A DNA stretch of 64,000 bases. Source: an uncultured bacterium (GTDB lineage Bacteria > Myxococcota_A > Bradymonadia > UBA7976 > VGTA01). The position numbers were made by a program, and so were the translations under genes. A model generated the notes under the pieces. It made no database searches. It saw only the letters and a program-made list of their open reading frames with translations, and was not told where the DNA came from. The number at the start of each line of letters is the position of its first letter. Position 1 is the first letter of the stretch. Shown piece after piece: positions 1-9,980 of the stretch. The stretch lies in the NCBI GenBank assembly GCA_943788935.1, contig CALSSE010000003.1, forward strand, positions 150,493 to 214,492, in the 5' to 3' direction.

Positions 1-1
1 C

Positions 2-403
2 CTCCGAGATCAGGTCAATCGTCTCCTCGCCGATGAACTCCTCTTCGGACAGCTCTCCGAGGGTGGGCAAGCGTTGATCACCGCCCATGAATCATGGCGG
101 TCTCACCTCAGCGCCCTAAGAGAGTTTGAAGCGCAGGAGAGTACCACCCAGCGAAAGCCGAAGCTACCTGTAGAAGACCCTTTTGAGATCTCCTATGGAG
201 ATGAAGCAGAAGCTCATGGAGAATGGGCTGAAGGCTTTTCATTGAAGAGAGAGACGGTAAACGATGAAGAGCTCGATGCTGACCCTACCGTAGATCTACT
301 CTCCATGGCCAATGATGCTCTTAGCCTAGTCACTGACCCAACCTCCCAAATAGACCTCGGAGAGAGTAAACGCATTGAGACGACTGAGGAGGAAGAGAGC
401 TAA
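2..403 (+). CDS. Acidic hypothetical protein, probably 5'-partial (frame is open to the window start; listed ORF begins at an internal TTG)
   Basis: The frame of ORF 74..403 has no stop back to position 2. The product is acidic and low-complexity (EEEES tail) and I do not recognise a domain. Confidence 0.35.
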   Translation, partial: LRDQVNRLLADELLFGQLSEGGQALITAHESWRSHLSALREFEAQESTTQRKPKLPVEDPFEISYGDEAEAHGEWAEGFSLKRETVNDEELDADPTVDLLSMANDALSLVTDPTSQIDLGESKRIETTEEEES

Positions 404-444
404 AAGTCTTGCGTCAAACTAGGTGATCGAGTCTATTCTGTACA

Positions 445-2220
445 GTGGCAATGATCAGACGATCAAGGAGTACAGAGATGAGGGATCAGCATCGGTATAC
501 ACGTCATCTATTAGTCTTCTCTCTCCTTGTCAGCATAACTTGTGCTTGTGGAGGAGAAGAGACAGACTCACCAGGTTCTCCAGCTCTCCCAGACTCATCA
601 ATGAGTATAAATGGGGGAACTTTAGGAGGCGCTGTTGATGAAAGAGATGAGTCCTCAAGCAGACCCTCTCAAGGAGGTGAGGAGGCAAGCGAGGAGACAG
701 GTGAGGAGGCAAGTGAGGAGACAGGTGAGGAGACAGGTGAGGAGACAAGTGAGGGACAAGAGTACGAATGGGTTGATATCAGCCTAGAGTCTCTCGGGCT
801 CATCCCTCCCACAGGTCAGGGAGATGAGATCCCACCTCAAGGTGAATCCATTTGTGCCTATGAGACTCCGAGCTTCGTATTAGCGCATCCACTCGCTCAA
901 GTAGGTCGAGAAGCCGAGCGTCGTCAATATTATTGGCTCGGTGAGACCGAGAGCGCCTACCACAGAGAGGTCGCAGAGATCGCTCATCTTGATGTTATTA
1001 CTCCTCATCAGAGTCCAAGGTCACAGCCTAAATCAGAAGACTTTATCCTACCCATACATGTCAATGACCTCCCCCTCTTCCCTCGCGCCGAAGAATGGAG
1101 CACGGGCCGTTGCTATGAGCTTGGCCCCTTCGATAATGACCACCAAGACTCTCAAAGAGGAGGGACCCTCCTCAATGAAGCTCAGGCTTATGAAATGTAC
1201 GCTAGACTCGTGCAAAAAACTCTATGGCGTGTCATAGACCAAACCCCTAAAAAGCGGACGGTTATTGGTCTAAGAGGGTCATACCCAGGGAGCTTAAAAT
1301 GGCATTACAACGCCCCTAACCAATATAATGATAGTCTTGTGTTGATGTGGCGCGATGAGCGTGGCGCTCCTCATGTCCGAGAATATCCGATTAACACTGA
1401 TACCGGTGTTTATGACTTTGGATCAGACAGCAGCTCTTCCCTAAGAGCGAATCGACATTATCCTTATATTAATGGATGGCATAGAGATTATAACGCCCTT
1501 AAAATAGATCTCTCTAGCTATCCCGTTCGTGATGATACTAACAATAATGGCCATTGGGATAGTGACCGCAATGGATGGCTCGATGGACCTGAGTTCGGAG
1601 ATGACTATGACCGTCTCGGGAGCGGACATAATATTCACGCAGGCAACAATAACGGGCCTCTTAGCGAGGCCTTAATCAATATCGCTTCCGCGGGCTGTCA
1701 AGTGATCCCAGGCATGCAGAATTGGATCAACTTTATTAGCTCAGCTTGGACAGGGTTAGGTGATGAGGTTGATTACTTTCTCATAGATACCCGAGATATA
1801 AGTCCCCGTTTTTGGGCGAGTTGTGAGGACGCCGATGGTTCTCATCGCTGTCCATATCTCATTGAGCGCTTTCCCTATACTCATCGAGGAGATACCTCAC
1901 TCAGTCAAGACCGCCACTATGATCTATATAACTGCAGTGATGCCGATGAATCTGGACCCGAGCGTGTTTATGTAATGAACCTCCCCCGCGCTGGACGTCT
2001 TAGAGTATCTATAGAAACCGACAGCGACGCCATAGACCCAGATATATACTTACTCGACGGAGATGATCCCAACGCTTGTAAGTCTCGCGATCATCGTAGG
2101 CTAGAGTCTTGGCTCCCCCCTGGTCGTTACCTTATTATCGTAGACACCTATGTTGATTCCGAGGGGCGAGAGCTAGCAGGTCCTTATACCTTGAACATAG
2201 ACTGGGCCCTTGGAGATTGA
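445..2220 (+). CDS. Secreted or lipoprotein with an acidic EEASEETGE repeat linker and a C-terminal pre-peptidase (PPC)-like domain
   Basis: N-terminal hydrophobic segment with a Cys (SITCACGG). 24/12-bp tandem coding repeats at about 662-770. The C-terminus GRYLIIVDTYVDSEGRELAGPYTLNID resembles a PPC domain. The central region is unassigned. Confidence 0.5.
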   Translation: MAMIRRSRSTEMRDQHRYTRHLLVFSLLVSITCACGGEETDSPGSPALPDSSMSINGGTLGGAVDERDESSSRPSQGGEEASEETGEEASEETGEETGEETSEGQEYEWVDISLESLGLIPPTGQGDEIPPQGESICAYETPSFVLAHPLAQVGREAERRQYYWLGETESAYHREVAEIAHLDVITPHQSPRSQPKSEDFILPIHVNDLPLFPRAEEWSTGRCYELGPFDNDHQDSQRGGTLLNEAQAYEMYARLVQKTLWRVIDQTPKKRTVIGLRGSYPGSLKWHYNAPNQYNDSLVLMWRDERGAPHVREYPINTDTGVYDFGSDSSSSLRANRHYPYINGWHRDYNALKIDLSSYPVRDDTNNNGHWDSDRNGWLDGPEFGDDYDRLGSGHNIHAGNNNGPLSEALINIASAGCQVIPGMQNWINFISSAWTGLGDEVDYFLIDTRDISPRFWASCEDADGSHRCPYLIERFPYTHRGDTSLSQDRHYDLYNCSDADESGPERVYVMNLPRAGRLRVSIETDSDAIDPDIYLLDGDDPNACKSRDHRRLESWLPPGRYLIIVDTYVDSEGRELAGPYTLNIDWALGD

Positions 2221-2244
2221 TCTAACGGCGACCGCTACCATCAC

Positions 2245-3999
2245 TTGAAGGAGAGATTAATTATGAGTCCTGCGCTCGCTGCTTTGATCGCTATATTTAC
2301 CTATAGCGTTGGCTATCAGATCTACTCCAGGTTTTTAGCGGAGAAGCTCTTTGAGCTAGATGAGACAGCGGTCACACCCGCCCATGAGCTGAGAGATGGC
2401 ATTGACTATGTCCCCACAAAGCCTGTGGTTCTCTTCGGACATCACTTCGCTTCGATCACCGGTTTAGCGCCCATGCTAGGTCCAGCGATCGCTGTCATCT
2501 GGGGGTGGGCACCCGCTATGATTTGGGTGGTTATCGGCTCGCTGTTGATCGGCTGTGTTCATGATTTTAGTGCTCTCATCATCTCCGCTAGACACCGCGG
2601 TCAGTCAGTGGGGATGATCAGCGAGTATTATCTCAGCGCTCGCGCTAAGACTCTATTTCTGCTGATCATCTTCTTTGGTGTCTCCCTCGCTATGGGAGTC
2701 TTCGTCTTCGTGATCAGCAAGCTATTCGGGATCTATTTAAGCCCACCTAGCGATGCCCACGCTGGCGTCGAGGGTTATCCCCAAGCAGTCTTTCCCTCCC
2801 TTTGGTTAATGATTATCGCCGCGGTCAGCGGGTGGTTAATGGAGAAGCGAGGGGTCTCTATGAACCCGATCATCGTGGTTGGTTTCATTTTGTCCCTGAT
2901 CGGGATCTGGGTAGGGCTAGCGATGAAGAGAGCGGGAGTCTATGATCCGAGTTGGTGGCCAAGTGGCTCCGAGTGGATGATCGGGCTCTTGATGTATGCT
3001 TTCGCCGCCTCCGTTTTACCTGTGTGGAGTCTGCTGCAGCCGCGAGACTTCTTAAATTCGCTCTTGTTATACCTCGGCTTGGGTCTCGCTTACTTAGGTC
3101 TCTTTGTTGGACAGCCGAGCTTTGATGCTCCCGCCTTAGTCATGGAACCAATAGGTGCGCCTCCCATGCTCCCCTTTGTCTTTATCTTAATCGCTTGTGG
3201 AGCCGCGAGTGGTTTTCATGGCCTGGTCAGCTCTGGGACCACCGCTAAGCAGCTAGATCTTGAGACTCACGCTCGTCCGATCGGTTATGGAGGGATGATC
3301 GGAGAGAGTCTCTTAGGGCTCTTAGCGGTGTTGGCTTGCACCGCGGGTTTTCAGTCCCCTGAACGCTGGCATGAACATTATGCGTCATTTCATACTGCGA
3401 GAGGACTCTCTCAAAAGCTAGGAGGCTTTATTGAGGGTACCACTCATTTCCTCACCTCCTTGGGGATCCCCGCTGAGCTCGCCTCCGCCTTGATCGCCAT
3501 GGTGGTTGTCTCCTTCGCTCTGACGACTCTTGACTCAGCAACCCGTTTATTGCGGTTTAATATTGAAGAGCTCGTCGCTCCCTTGGGTAATAAATGGCTC
3601 AGTAACCGATATGTTTCCTCAGCGCTTGCTTGCTTAACAATCGCCACATTCGCCTTCTATAAGATCGGAGGCAAGCCCGCCGCTCTCGCTTTATGGGCTC
3701 TGTTTGGGACAACCAACCAATTACTCGCGGGGCTCACCCTCACCCTCGTGACCTTATACCTACGCCGCCGAGGTAAATCGATCTGGTATACCGCTCTACC
3801 TGCGGTCTTTATGCTCTCTAGCACTTTCATCTCAATGGGGTTAAATCTGAGCTCCTATCTCAGCGCCGATCGTCCTGATTGGTTATTAATCAGTGTTGGG
3901 CTCACTTTACTTGTGCTCGGTCTTTGGATTATTATCGAAGCCGTGATTGCCTTTCTTAGACCCCTGACACAACACCGAGACCCCACTCAAGACGCCTAA
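2245..3999 (+). CDS. cstA: Carbon starvation protein A family peptide/pyruvate transporter
   Basis: Polytopic membrane protein. The N-terminus YSVGYQIYSRFLAEKLFELDETAVTPAH... and HHFASITGLAPMLGPAIAVIWGW closely match the CstA family. Confidence 0.85.
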   Translation: MKERLIMSPALAALIAIFTYSVGYQIYSRFLAEKLFELDETAVTPAHELRDGIDYVPTKPVVLFGHHFASITGLAPMLGPAIAVIWGWAPAMIWVVIGSLLIGCVHDFSALIISARHRGQSVGMISEYYLSARAKTLFLLIIFFGVSLAMGVFVFVISKLFGIYLSPPSDAHAGVEGYPQAVFPSLWLMIIAAVSGWLMEKRGVSMNPIIVVGFILSLIGIWVGLAMKRAGVYDPSWWPSGSEWMIGLLMYAFAASVLPVWSLLQPRDFLNSLLLYLGLGLAYLGLFVGQPSFDAPALVMEPIGAPPMLPFVFILIACGAASGFHGLVSSGTTAKQLDLETHARPIGYGGMIGESLLGLLAVLACTAGFQSPERWHEHYASFHTARGLSQKLGGFIEGTTHFLTSLGIPAELASALIAMVVVSFALTTLDSATRLLRFNIEELVAPLGNKWLSNRYVSSALACLTIATFAFYKIGGKPAALALWALFGTTNQLLAGLTLTLVTLYLRRRGKSIWYTALPAVFMLSSTFISMGLNLSSYLSADRPDWLLISVGLTLLVLGLWIIIEAVIAFLRPLTQHRDPTQDA

Positions 4000-4014
4000 T
4001 CGGAGAGCTAGACG

Positions 4015-5547
4015 ATGCCTAGTCAAGAGCAAAGCCTCAATCTACAAGAGCGAGCCCATCCCTGCGCAGTTTGGTTTAGGCGAGACCTTCGGCTCGATGA
4101 TAATCGCTGCCTACAAGAGGCTTTTAAGCGGAGTAAAGGTCGTATTATTCCGATCTACGTACTCGATCCTCGAGAGCATGAACCGAATCTGCTTGGTTGG
4201 CCTAAATGTGGGGCCTTTCGAGGTCAATTTCTCCTCGAAGCCCTCAGTGACTTACGCATGAAGTTTAAACGAATGGGGAGCGACTTAGTCGTCCGTATTG
4301 GTCCACCTGAAGAAATCTTACCGAATTTAGTAGATCAGCATGGCGCTACCCACCTCTACACCCTTGATCCTCAAGATCATCGAGAGGCTGAGGTCATTCG
4401 CTTGGTGAGTGAGGGATGCTACCGAGAGGGAGTGGAGTTTGTGGAAATAGAAGGGTCGACTCTCTATGACTACAGCCGCATCCCTTTCGCAGAGGGAGAA
4501 CTACCGCAGAGCTTTATTGAGTTCAGGAGAATCTTAGAGCGAGACGCGAGCCCTAAACCCCCAGAATTAGCGATTAAGAAGGTATTACCGCTACCGATGG
4601 GGCTTAGAGCAGGTAATCTCCCTAAGCTAGAGAGTATGAACCTCACCGAGTTTCCTCAAGATCCAAGGAGCACGATCTCCTTTATCGGTGGTGAGGCCAA
4701 TGGGCTTAAGAGACTCAAAGATTATGTATGGGAACGAAAACTCATCTCCTATTCTTCTACAACCCGTCAGGGCTTAGGTGGAGAGCAGATCTCCACGAAG
4801 CTGAGCGCTTGGGTCAACCTTGGCTGTCTCTCGCCTCGACGGATTTGGTATGAGCTCCTCGCCTTTGAAGCTAAACATGGAGGAAGCCAAGGCGTATACC
4901 AATTAATCTACCATCTAACCATGCGTGATTTTATGATCTTTCACGCCAAACAAATGGGTGAGAAACTTTACCAAGTCGAGGGTTTAAGAGAGCTCCCTAA
5001 AGTTTGGGAGGAAGAGAGCGAACGCTTCGCTATGTGGTATCAAGGATATAGTGGTTTTCCGCTCATCGATGCTTTCATGCGTGAGTTGAGTACCACTGGC
5101 TATATCAGCCCTAGAGGTAGACAAATCGTCTCTTCATTTTTTGTCAAACAGCTCCGTCTCCCATGGACATGGGCGGCGAGTTGCTTTGAGACCTTGTTAA
5201 TCGACTATCACCCAGCGATCACTTGGGGGGCAATGCAGAGTGTAGCGGGGGTTGGGGTTGACTTACCTCAAGTGAGTGACCACCCTATAGAATCGGGTTA
5301 TGCGGTAGATTGGGAAGGGGCCTACATCAGATTTTGGGTACCAGAGTTGGCAAGTGTCCCTCCCGAATATATCTACCAACCTCATCTATTAAATGAAGAG
5401 CAACAAGCATATCTAGGCCTCTATTTAGGACAAAACTATCCTCATCCGATCGTCTCTCCTCCAGACTTCACAGAACGAGAACCCACACCTCGCGAGCGAA
5501 ACCAAGAGCTAATTATGGAGCGCTTAAAGCGCTATGGAAAGCTCTAA
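4015..5547 (+). CDS. FAD-binding DNA photolyase / cryptochrome-DASH family protein
   Basis: The N-terminal photolyase alpha/beta motif WFRRDLRLDDN...IPIYVLDP is present. The FAD-binding region reads ...RGRQIVSSFFVKQLRLPWTWAASCFETLLIDYHPAITWG. Confidence 0.8.
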   Translation: MPSQEQSLNLQERAHPCAVWFRRDLRLDDNRCLQEAFKRSKGRIIPIYVLDPREHEPNLLGWPKCGAFRGQFLLEALSDLRMKFKRMGSDLVVRIGPPEEILPNLVDQHGATHLYTLDPQDHREAEVIRLVSEGCYREGVEFVEIEGSTLYDYSRIPFAEGELPQSFIEFRRILERDASPKPPELAIKKVLPLPMGLRAGNLPKLESMNLTEFPQDPRSTISFIGGEANGLKRLKDYVWERKLISYSSTTRQGLGGEQISTKLSAWVNLGCLSPRRIWYELLAFEAKHGGSQGVYQLIYHLTMRDFMIFHAKQMGEKLYQVEGLRELPKVWEEESERFAMWYQGYSGFPLIDAFMRELSTTGYISPRGRQIVSSFFVKQLRLPWTWAASCFETLLIDYHPAITWGAMQSVAGVGVDLPQVSDHPIESGYAVDWEGAYIRFWVPELASVPPEYIYQPHLLNEEQQAYLGLYLGQNYPHPIVSPPDFTEREPTPRERNQELIMERLKRYGKL

Positions 5548-5601
5548 AGAATGAGCTTTTCTTCAATGGAGTGTTCATCTTAGCATTACAGGGACATTTA
5601 A

Positions 5602-6735
5602 ATGACTCACACTCGTCACATATTTACTCTTTACCTTGGAGTCTCTCTTATACTAGCTCCTTCATGTAATGATTTCGATAAGTTCGACTGCTTCAATAAT
5701 GAAGAAGGGTGTACCCCTCCTACCTCTCCTCTCATCTCTGATGAAGAGGACCCCGTCACAGAAATTGAAGGGGGAAGTAGATGGGACACCTCTGCCGGAG
5801 AATCCTTCGCTGGTCAGATAACGGGCGGAATAAACGCGGGCATAACCGCTGGAGCAATGGTAAACGCTGGCGCTATGGTCCACACTGATGAGATGACTGC
5901 CGGTGAGATGACTGCCGGTGAGATGACTGCCGGTGAGATGACTGCCGGTGAGATGACTGCCGGTGAGATGACTGCCGGTGAGATGACTGCCGGTGAGATG
6001 ACTGCCGGTGAGATGACTGCCGGTGAGATGACTGCCGGTGAGATGACTGCCGGTGAGATGACTGCCGGTGAGATGATCGCCGAATGCTCCCAAGCTATGC
6101 CAAATCCATTCTGTATGATCTGTAACCAAGACAATCAATTAGAGCTAGCTGTCAACGATTCTCGATGTAATCGACCCGACCAAATATGCCAAACTCCGTC
6201 AAATATGATTATCGGTCGGACCTGTTATACTGTCAACTATTCCATCCAGAACACCTGTATTCAAGAACAGTCCACAGGAGCTCTAAGATGCGCGACCACT
6301 GAAGATTGCGAGATGCGTAGGGAAGAGCTCTACTCAGTCATGGGTCAACCTTGCGAGTACCTGACAGGGTGTACTGGAAATGAAGACAATGATGTTAAAT
6401 GGGGTTGCGAAGATGGCCAAGGGATCTGCGATCAAGACAACTCTTGTGTCACAGCACATCCTTACTTAAATGCTGCTCAAATGAGTAATTATAGATTAAA
6501 ACTCTGCTCTCCCCAAAACCAAGCGACGAGTACATTTGGCTTTCTTTTGGAGACAAGCGTGGGTCAAGGATCACATCGAAATACCTGCGAGGAACTCTGT
6601 AGTCAGTTAGATCTTGAATGTGTATATGCCAAAGAGGGTCGATGCTCAGATACAAATACAGGTGCAGACGTTGATGACCATTGTGACGGCACTCTCAACT
6701 CGAACAAGACTTGCTATTGCCAACCCTCAGACTAG
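5602..6735 (+). CDS. Secreted Cys-rich lipoprotein containing (GEMTA)12 perfect tandem repeats
   Basis: Signal peptide with a lipobox-like LAPSC. There are 12 identical 15-bp units at 5890-6069. The C-terminal half carries about 30 cysteines. No family recognised. Confidence 0.55.
   Translation: MTHTRHIFTLYLGVSLILAPSCNDFDKFDCFNNEEGCTPPTSPLISDEEDPVTEIEGGSRWDTSAGESFAGQITGGINAGITAGAMVNAGAMVHTDEMTAGEMTAGEMTAGEMTAGEMTAGEMTAGEMTAGEMTAGEMTAGEMTAGEMTAGEMTAGEMIAECSQAMPNPFCMICNQDNQLELAVNDSRCNRPDQICQTPSNMIIGRTCYTVNYSIQNTCIQEQSTGALRCATTEDCEMRREELYSVMGQPCEYLTGCTGNEDNDVKWGCEDGQGICDQDNSCVTAHPYLNAAQMSNYRLKLCSPQNQATSTFGFLLETSVGQGSHRNTCEELCSQLDLECVYAKEGRCSDTNTGADVDDHCDGTLNSNKTCYCQPSD
5890..6069 (+). repeat. 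15-bp perfect tandem repeat (gagatgactgccggt) x12, in frame within the CDS
   Basis: Directly visible. Units are identical with degenerate copies at both flanks. The mirror ORFs on the minus strand are artefacts of this repeat. Confidence 0.95.
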
Positions 6736-6779
6736 TTATCTGGTCAAGAGCGAACACTCAAGAAGTGCTTCACTACACA

Positions 6780-7628
6780 TTAGCTCTTAGACTCGTGAGA
6801 AGCCCCCTCCTCCACAGCCCATCGTGCGCTGCGCCTCGAGAACACTAAAAAACCAGTGTGACCGGTCATGCGATGATCTGGTCTAATGCTCTGCTCAGTG
6901 ACATACCAAGGACGCTCTAGAATCTCTAGGCTCCACGTGGTGTACATCTCTGGGTGAGCGTGAAGGGCCTTCACCATCTCATGGACTTGAATCACGGTAG
7001 GTATGTACGCGACCAAGAGTCCTCCATCGGTTAATGACCTGGCCGCATGCTCTACCACATGCCACGGCTCGGGAACATCTAGCACCACTCGATCTACACC
7101 CTTCTCTTCAATCCCTTCATAGATATCGGCTTGATGAACATGATGATTCTTAACCTCTCCTAAATAGGTCTTGATGTTCCGTCGACTACAGGCGATCGCT
7201 TCAGATTTAATCTCATAGGTGAACAGCTCACCTTGATCACCGATCGCTCGTAAGATAGAGAGAGCGAGTCCGCCAGAGCCTAAGCCTCCCTCGACTACTC
7301 TCATGTTAGGTCCAATATCGCCTTGCATCAGTATGGTAGCGATATCTTTAGGATAAATAATCGTCGCGTAGCGGTGCATATTAAGAATATGCTGTTGGAG
7401 TGTCGCCTTAAAGACCTTAAAAGGGTTTCCTTTGGCAGACTCAACTCGACTTCCGCTAGCTAAGCCGATGATCTCATCATGCTTAATGACATTCCCATTA
7501 AGGTTCATCACCTTCCCTTCTTGGAGGACGGTATAAGTCTCTCGGCGCCGCTTATCGATCAACATCACCGGCTCACCATAGTTGAGAGTAGGCGGACTCT
7601 GTTCATTCATTGTCAGTTCATTATTCAT
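6780..7628 (-). CDS. trmI: tRNA (adenine-N1)-methyltransferase, TrmI/Gcd14 family
   Basis: The SAM-binding motif VVEGGLGSGGLALSILRAIGDQGELFTYEIKSEAIACSRRN fits the TrmI pattern (G.GSG.L...RAvGp.G.v.syE.r...a..ArN). Confidence 0.6.
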   Translation of the reverse strand: MNNELTMNEQSPPTLNYGEPVMLIDKRRRETYTVLQEGKVMNLNGNVIKHDEIIGLASGSRVESAKGNPFKVFKATLQQHILNMHRYATIIYPKDIATILMQGDIGPNMRVVEGGLGSGGLALSILRAIGDQGELFTYEIKSEAIACSRRNIKTYLGEVKNHHVHQADIYEGIEEKGVDRVVLDVPEPWHVVEHAARSLTDGGLLVAYIPTVIQVHEMVKALHAHPEMYTTWSLEILERPWYVTEQSIRPDHRMTGHTGFLVFSRRSARWAVEEGASHESKS

Positions 7629-7821
7629 AGAGGTGGGTTATCACGAAGACCTATCTCAAGTCATAAGAATTACATGGTCATCTCGATGAAATTTATCCTT
7701 TCATGCGACCCAAGCTAGTGTCTAGCGTCTCAATATTGTAGTCTAATAAAGCAGCCTTTTCGCTAATAGAGTTCAAAGACCACGTTGTATTAAGAAAGCT
7801 TAATAGTGAGAGGAGTACACT

Positions 7822-8286
7822 ATGACATCTACATCTCGTGCGCCAAGAATCCCCCAAAGCCTCGCTGAGGCGCTTCGTATCACCGCTAAGAGACTAGCGC
7901 AAGGAGATCGCTACCGCTGGACCCACATGGGAGCCTGTAATTGCGGTCATCTCGCTCAAACGGTCACCTTTAACACCCCCGCCACTCTCCATGAGTTTGC
8001 TCTACAAAGAGCGGGAGACTGGTCTGAACAAACACGAGAGTATTGCCCCACGAGTGGATATCCACTCGACTATGTGATCGGCGCTCTTCTTGATTTAGGC
8101 GCCTCCCTTCAAGAGCTGAGAGACCTAGAGCGACTGAGAGATCCAAAGGTTCTTAACCTCATCCCAGCTGAGCGCCGACGTCAGCTCGACCACCGATCTC
8201 GTGAGGATGTTGTACTGTATATGGAGACGTGGGCAGGGTTCCTTGAGGAGAACATGTCTGTTCAGAGAACCTCTGTACTCATTTAG
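7822..8286 (+). CDS. Hypothetical protein
   Basis: 154-aa ORF divergent from trmI. No recognisable motif. Confidence 0.35.
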   Translation: MTSTSRAPRIPQSLAEALRITAKRLAQGDRYRWTHMGACNCGHLAQTVTFNTPATLHEFALQRAGDWSEQTREYCPTSGYPLDYVIGALLDLGASLQELRDLERLRDPKVLNLIPAERRRQLDHRSREDVVLYMETWAGFLEENMSVQRTSVLI

Positions 8287-8336
8287 ACACAATCGAGGTT
8301 CATTAAGCGTTCAACAATAGACTCCAACGCTCCTTA

Positions 8337-9956
8337 ATGGTTATAATAGTTAACCAACTTAATAAGGAGACTCCCATGTTAGGAAGAGATCTGAGGCGTT
8401 TTAGTTTTTTGCTTTTCCCTCTCCTAGCGTTTATAGCCTGTGGGCCCTCCGGAGCGGTCAGAGAGCTGACTCACCCCAGCGGGTCTCTTTTTGTCGCCAA
8501 TGACCAATGTGAGAGCACCGCCGTCCCTCCTTCATTGTTGTTAGCAGAGCTCTTAGAGAGAGCGCGAGCGGGTCATGGAGTAGAAGAGACAGGTATACAT
8601 CTACTAGAAGATGGTGGAGGCGCTCTCGCCGCTCGGGGATGGCTGACACGCGCTGCTCAAAAATCGATCGACATTCAATACTTTATATTTTCTAGTGACC
8701 ATGTTGGGCTCATCGCCCTACAAGAATTGATCCTCGCTGCTCAAAGGGGTGTAACAGTCCATTTGCTGGTGGATGACCTCCTTCATGATGGAGACGCTCA
8801 AATCCTCTTAGCTGCGAACACTCTTAAGAACCTAGAGGTAAAAGTCTATAACCCGACCATTAATATCGGCCGTAGCTTACCCAGTAAGCTCGCCAAGCTC
8901 GCCGTAGACTTTAGAGCGGTTAACCAACGTATGCACAATAAGAGCTTTATTGTCGACGATGAGGTGGTGATCACTGGGGGTAGAAATGTAGCCGATGAGT
9001 ACTTTGACTTGAGCATGGATTATAATTTCAGAGATCGAGACATCTTACTGATTCAAGGGGTCACTAAGGATATTAAGCGGTCATTTAACACTTTTTGGGA
9101 TCACCCGCTCTCTCTCTCGATCACTGAGCTATTGGAGCCTGCAGACAAACAGCTCACTCAAAATATCTTACGGCAGCTCAAACATCTTGCCTGTGACCCT
9201 CATAAGTTTTGGCCAGAGATACAGCAACGAATCGCTAATGTCCCTCAACGATTCCTAGAGCTCCGAGAGCAGGGAGCGCTCGCTTGGGTAAAGGGGGTGA
9301 CTTTTGTCTCTGATGAGCCTGGTAAGAACAACGGAAAGAGCGGTCTCGGAGGAGGTGGTTTGAGTACAGATGCGCTGATTGAGCTAGTAGATAGCGCTCA
9401 AGAGAAGATCCTAATCCAGACTCCTTATCTAGTCACAACAGACCTCGGTAAGCGAGTCTTCAGGCGAGCACTTAAGCGAGGAGTGAAGATCAAAATCCTC
9501 ACCAATAGCCTATCGACGACCGATAGCTTTCCTGCCTTCGCTAGCTATCGAAAAGATCGAGACATTCTCGTCAATAGCGGTATTGAAGTCTATGAGTCAA
9601 AGCCGCGAAACCCCGCATGGACCGCGTTGATGACCGGAGAGTTGACTCGTCGTCTCAAAACACTCAACAGACTCCCTGAGATCGGGCTCCACGCCAAGAG
9701 CATGGTCATCGATGATCACACTCTCATGGTGGGGACATTTAATTTAGACCCCAGGAGCGCTAACCTTAACACCGAATGTGTGGTTATCGTCAGAGATCCA
9801 TCGCTGGCAGGCCGGCTCGCTCAACAGATGGAGGAGGAGAACGCTGAAGAGAACGCGTGGCGGATTCGACCTGGGTCGAACCCTGATCACCACGCTAGTT
9901 TCGCCAATAAGTGGAAAACGTTTTGGAGTTGGCTCGTCCCCAAGTCGATTATCTAA
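8337..9956 (+). CDS. Phospholipase D superfamily lipoprotein (two HKD motifs; cardiolipin-synthase/PLD-like)
   Basis: Signal peptide plus Cys (FIACGPSG). First HKD is MHNKSFIVDDEVVITGGRNVADEY. Second HKD is LHAKSMVIDDHTLMVGTFNLDPRS. Confidence 0.75.
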   Translation: MVIIVNQLNKETPMLGRDLRRFSFLLFPLLAFIACGPSGAVRELTHPSGSLFVANDQCESTAVPPSLLLAELLERARAGHGVEETGIHLLEDGGGALAARGWLTRAAQKSIDIQYFIFSSDHVGLIALQELILAAQRGVTVHLLVDDLLHDGDAQILLAANTLKNLEVKVYNPTINIGRSLPSKLAKLAVDFRAVNQRMHNKSFIVDDEVVITGGRNVADEYFDLSMDYNFRDRDILLIQGVTKDIKRSFNTFWDHPLSLSITELLEPADKQLTQNILRQLKHLACDPHKFWPEIQQRIANVPQRFLELREQGALAWVKGVTFVSDEPGKNNGKSGLGGGGLSTDALIELVDSAQEKILIQTPYLVTTDLGKRVFRRALKRGVKIKILTNSLSTTDSFPAFASYRKDRDILVNSGIEVYESKPRNPAWTALMTGELTRRLKTLNRLPEIGLHAKSMVIDDHTLMVGTFNLDPRSANLNTECVVIVRDPSLAGRLAQQMEEENAEENAWRIRPGSNPDHHASFANKWKTFWSWLVPKSII

Positions 9957-9980
9957 GGTCCCCAGCTTATCACTCCCCCT

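Noticed and set aside
530-748. Minus-strand ORF 530..748 (PHLSPHLS repeats) and plus ORF 423..638
   Set aside because: They overlap the acidic repeat region of gene 445..2220 in other frames and are repeat-driven artefacts.
5662-6138. Minus-strand ORFs 5662..6138 and 5814..6134 encoding (HLTGS)n and (AVISP)n
   Set aside because: They are mirror-frame artefacts of the perfect 15-bp repeat inside the plus-strand secreted protein gene. They have no start context or independent support.
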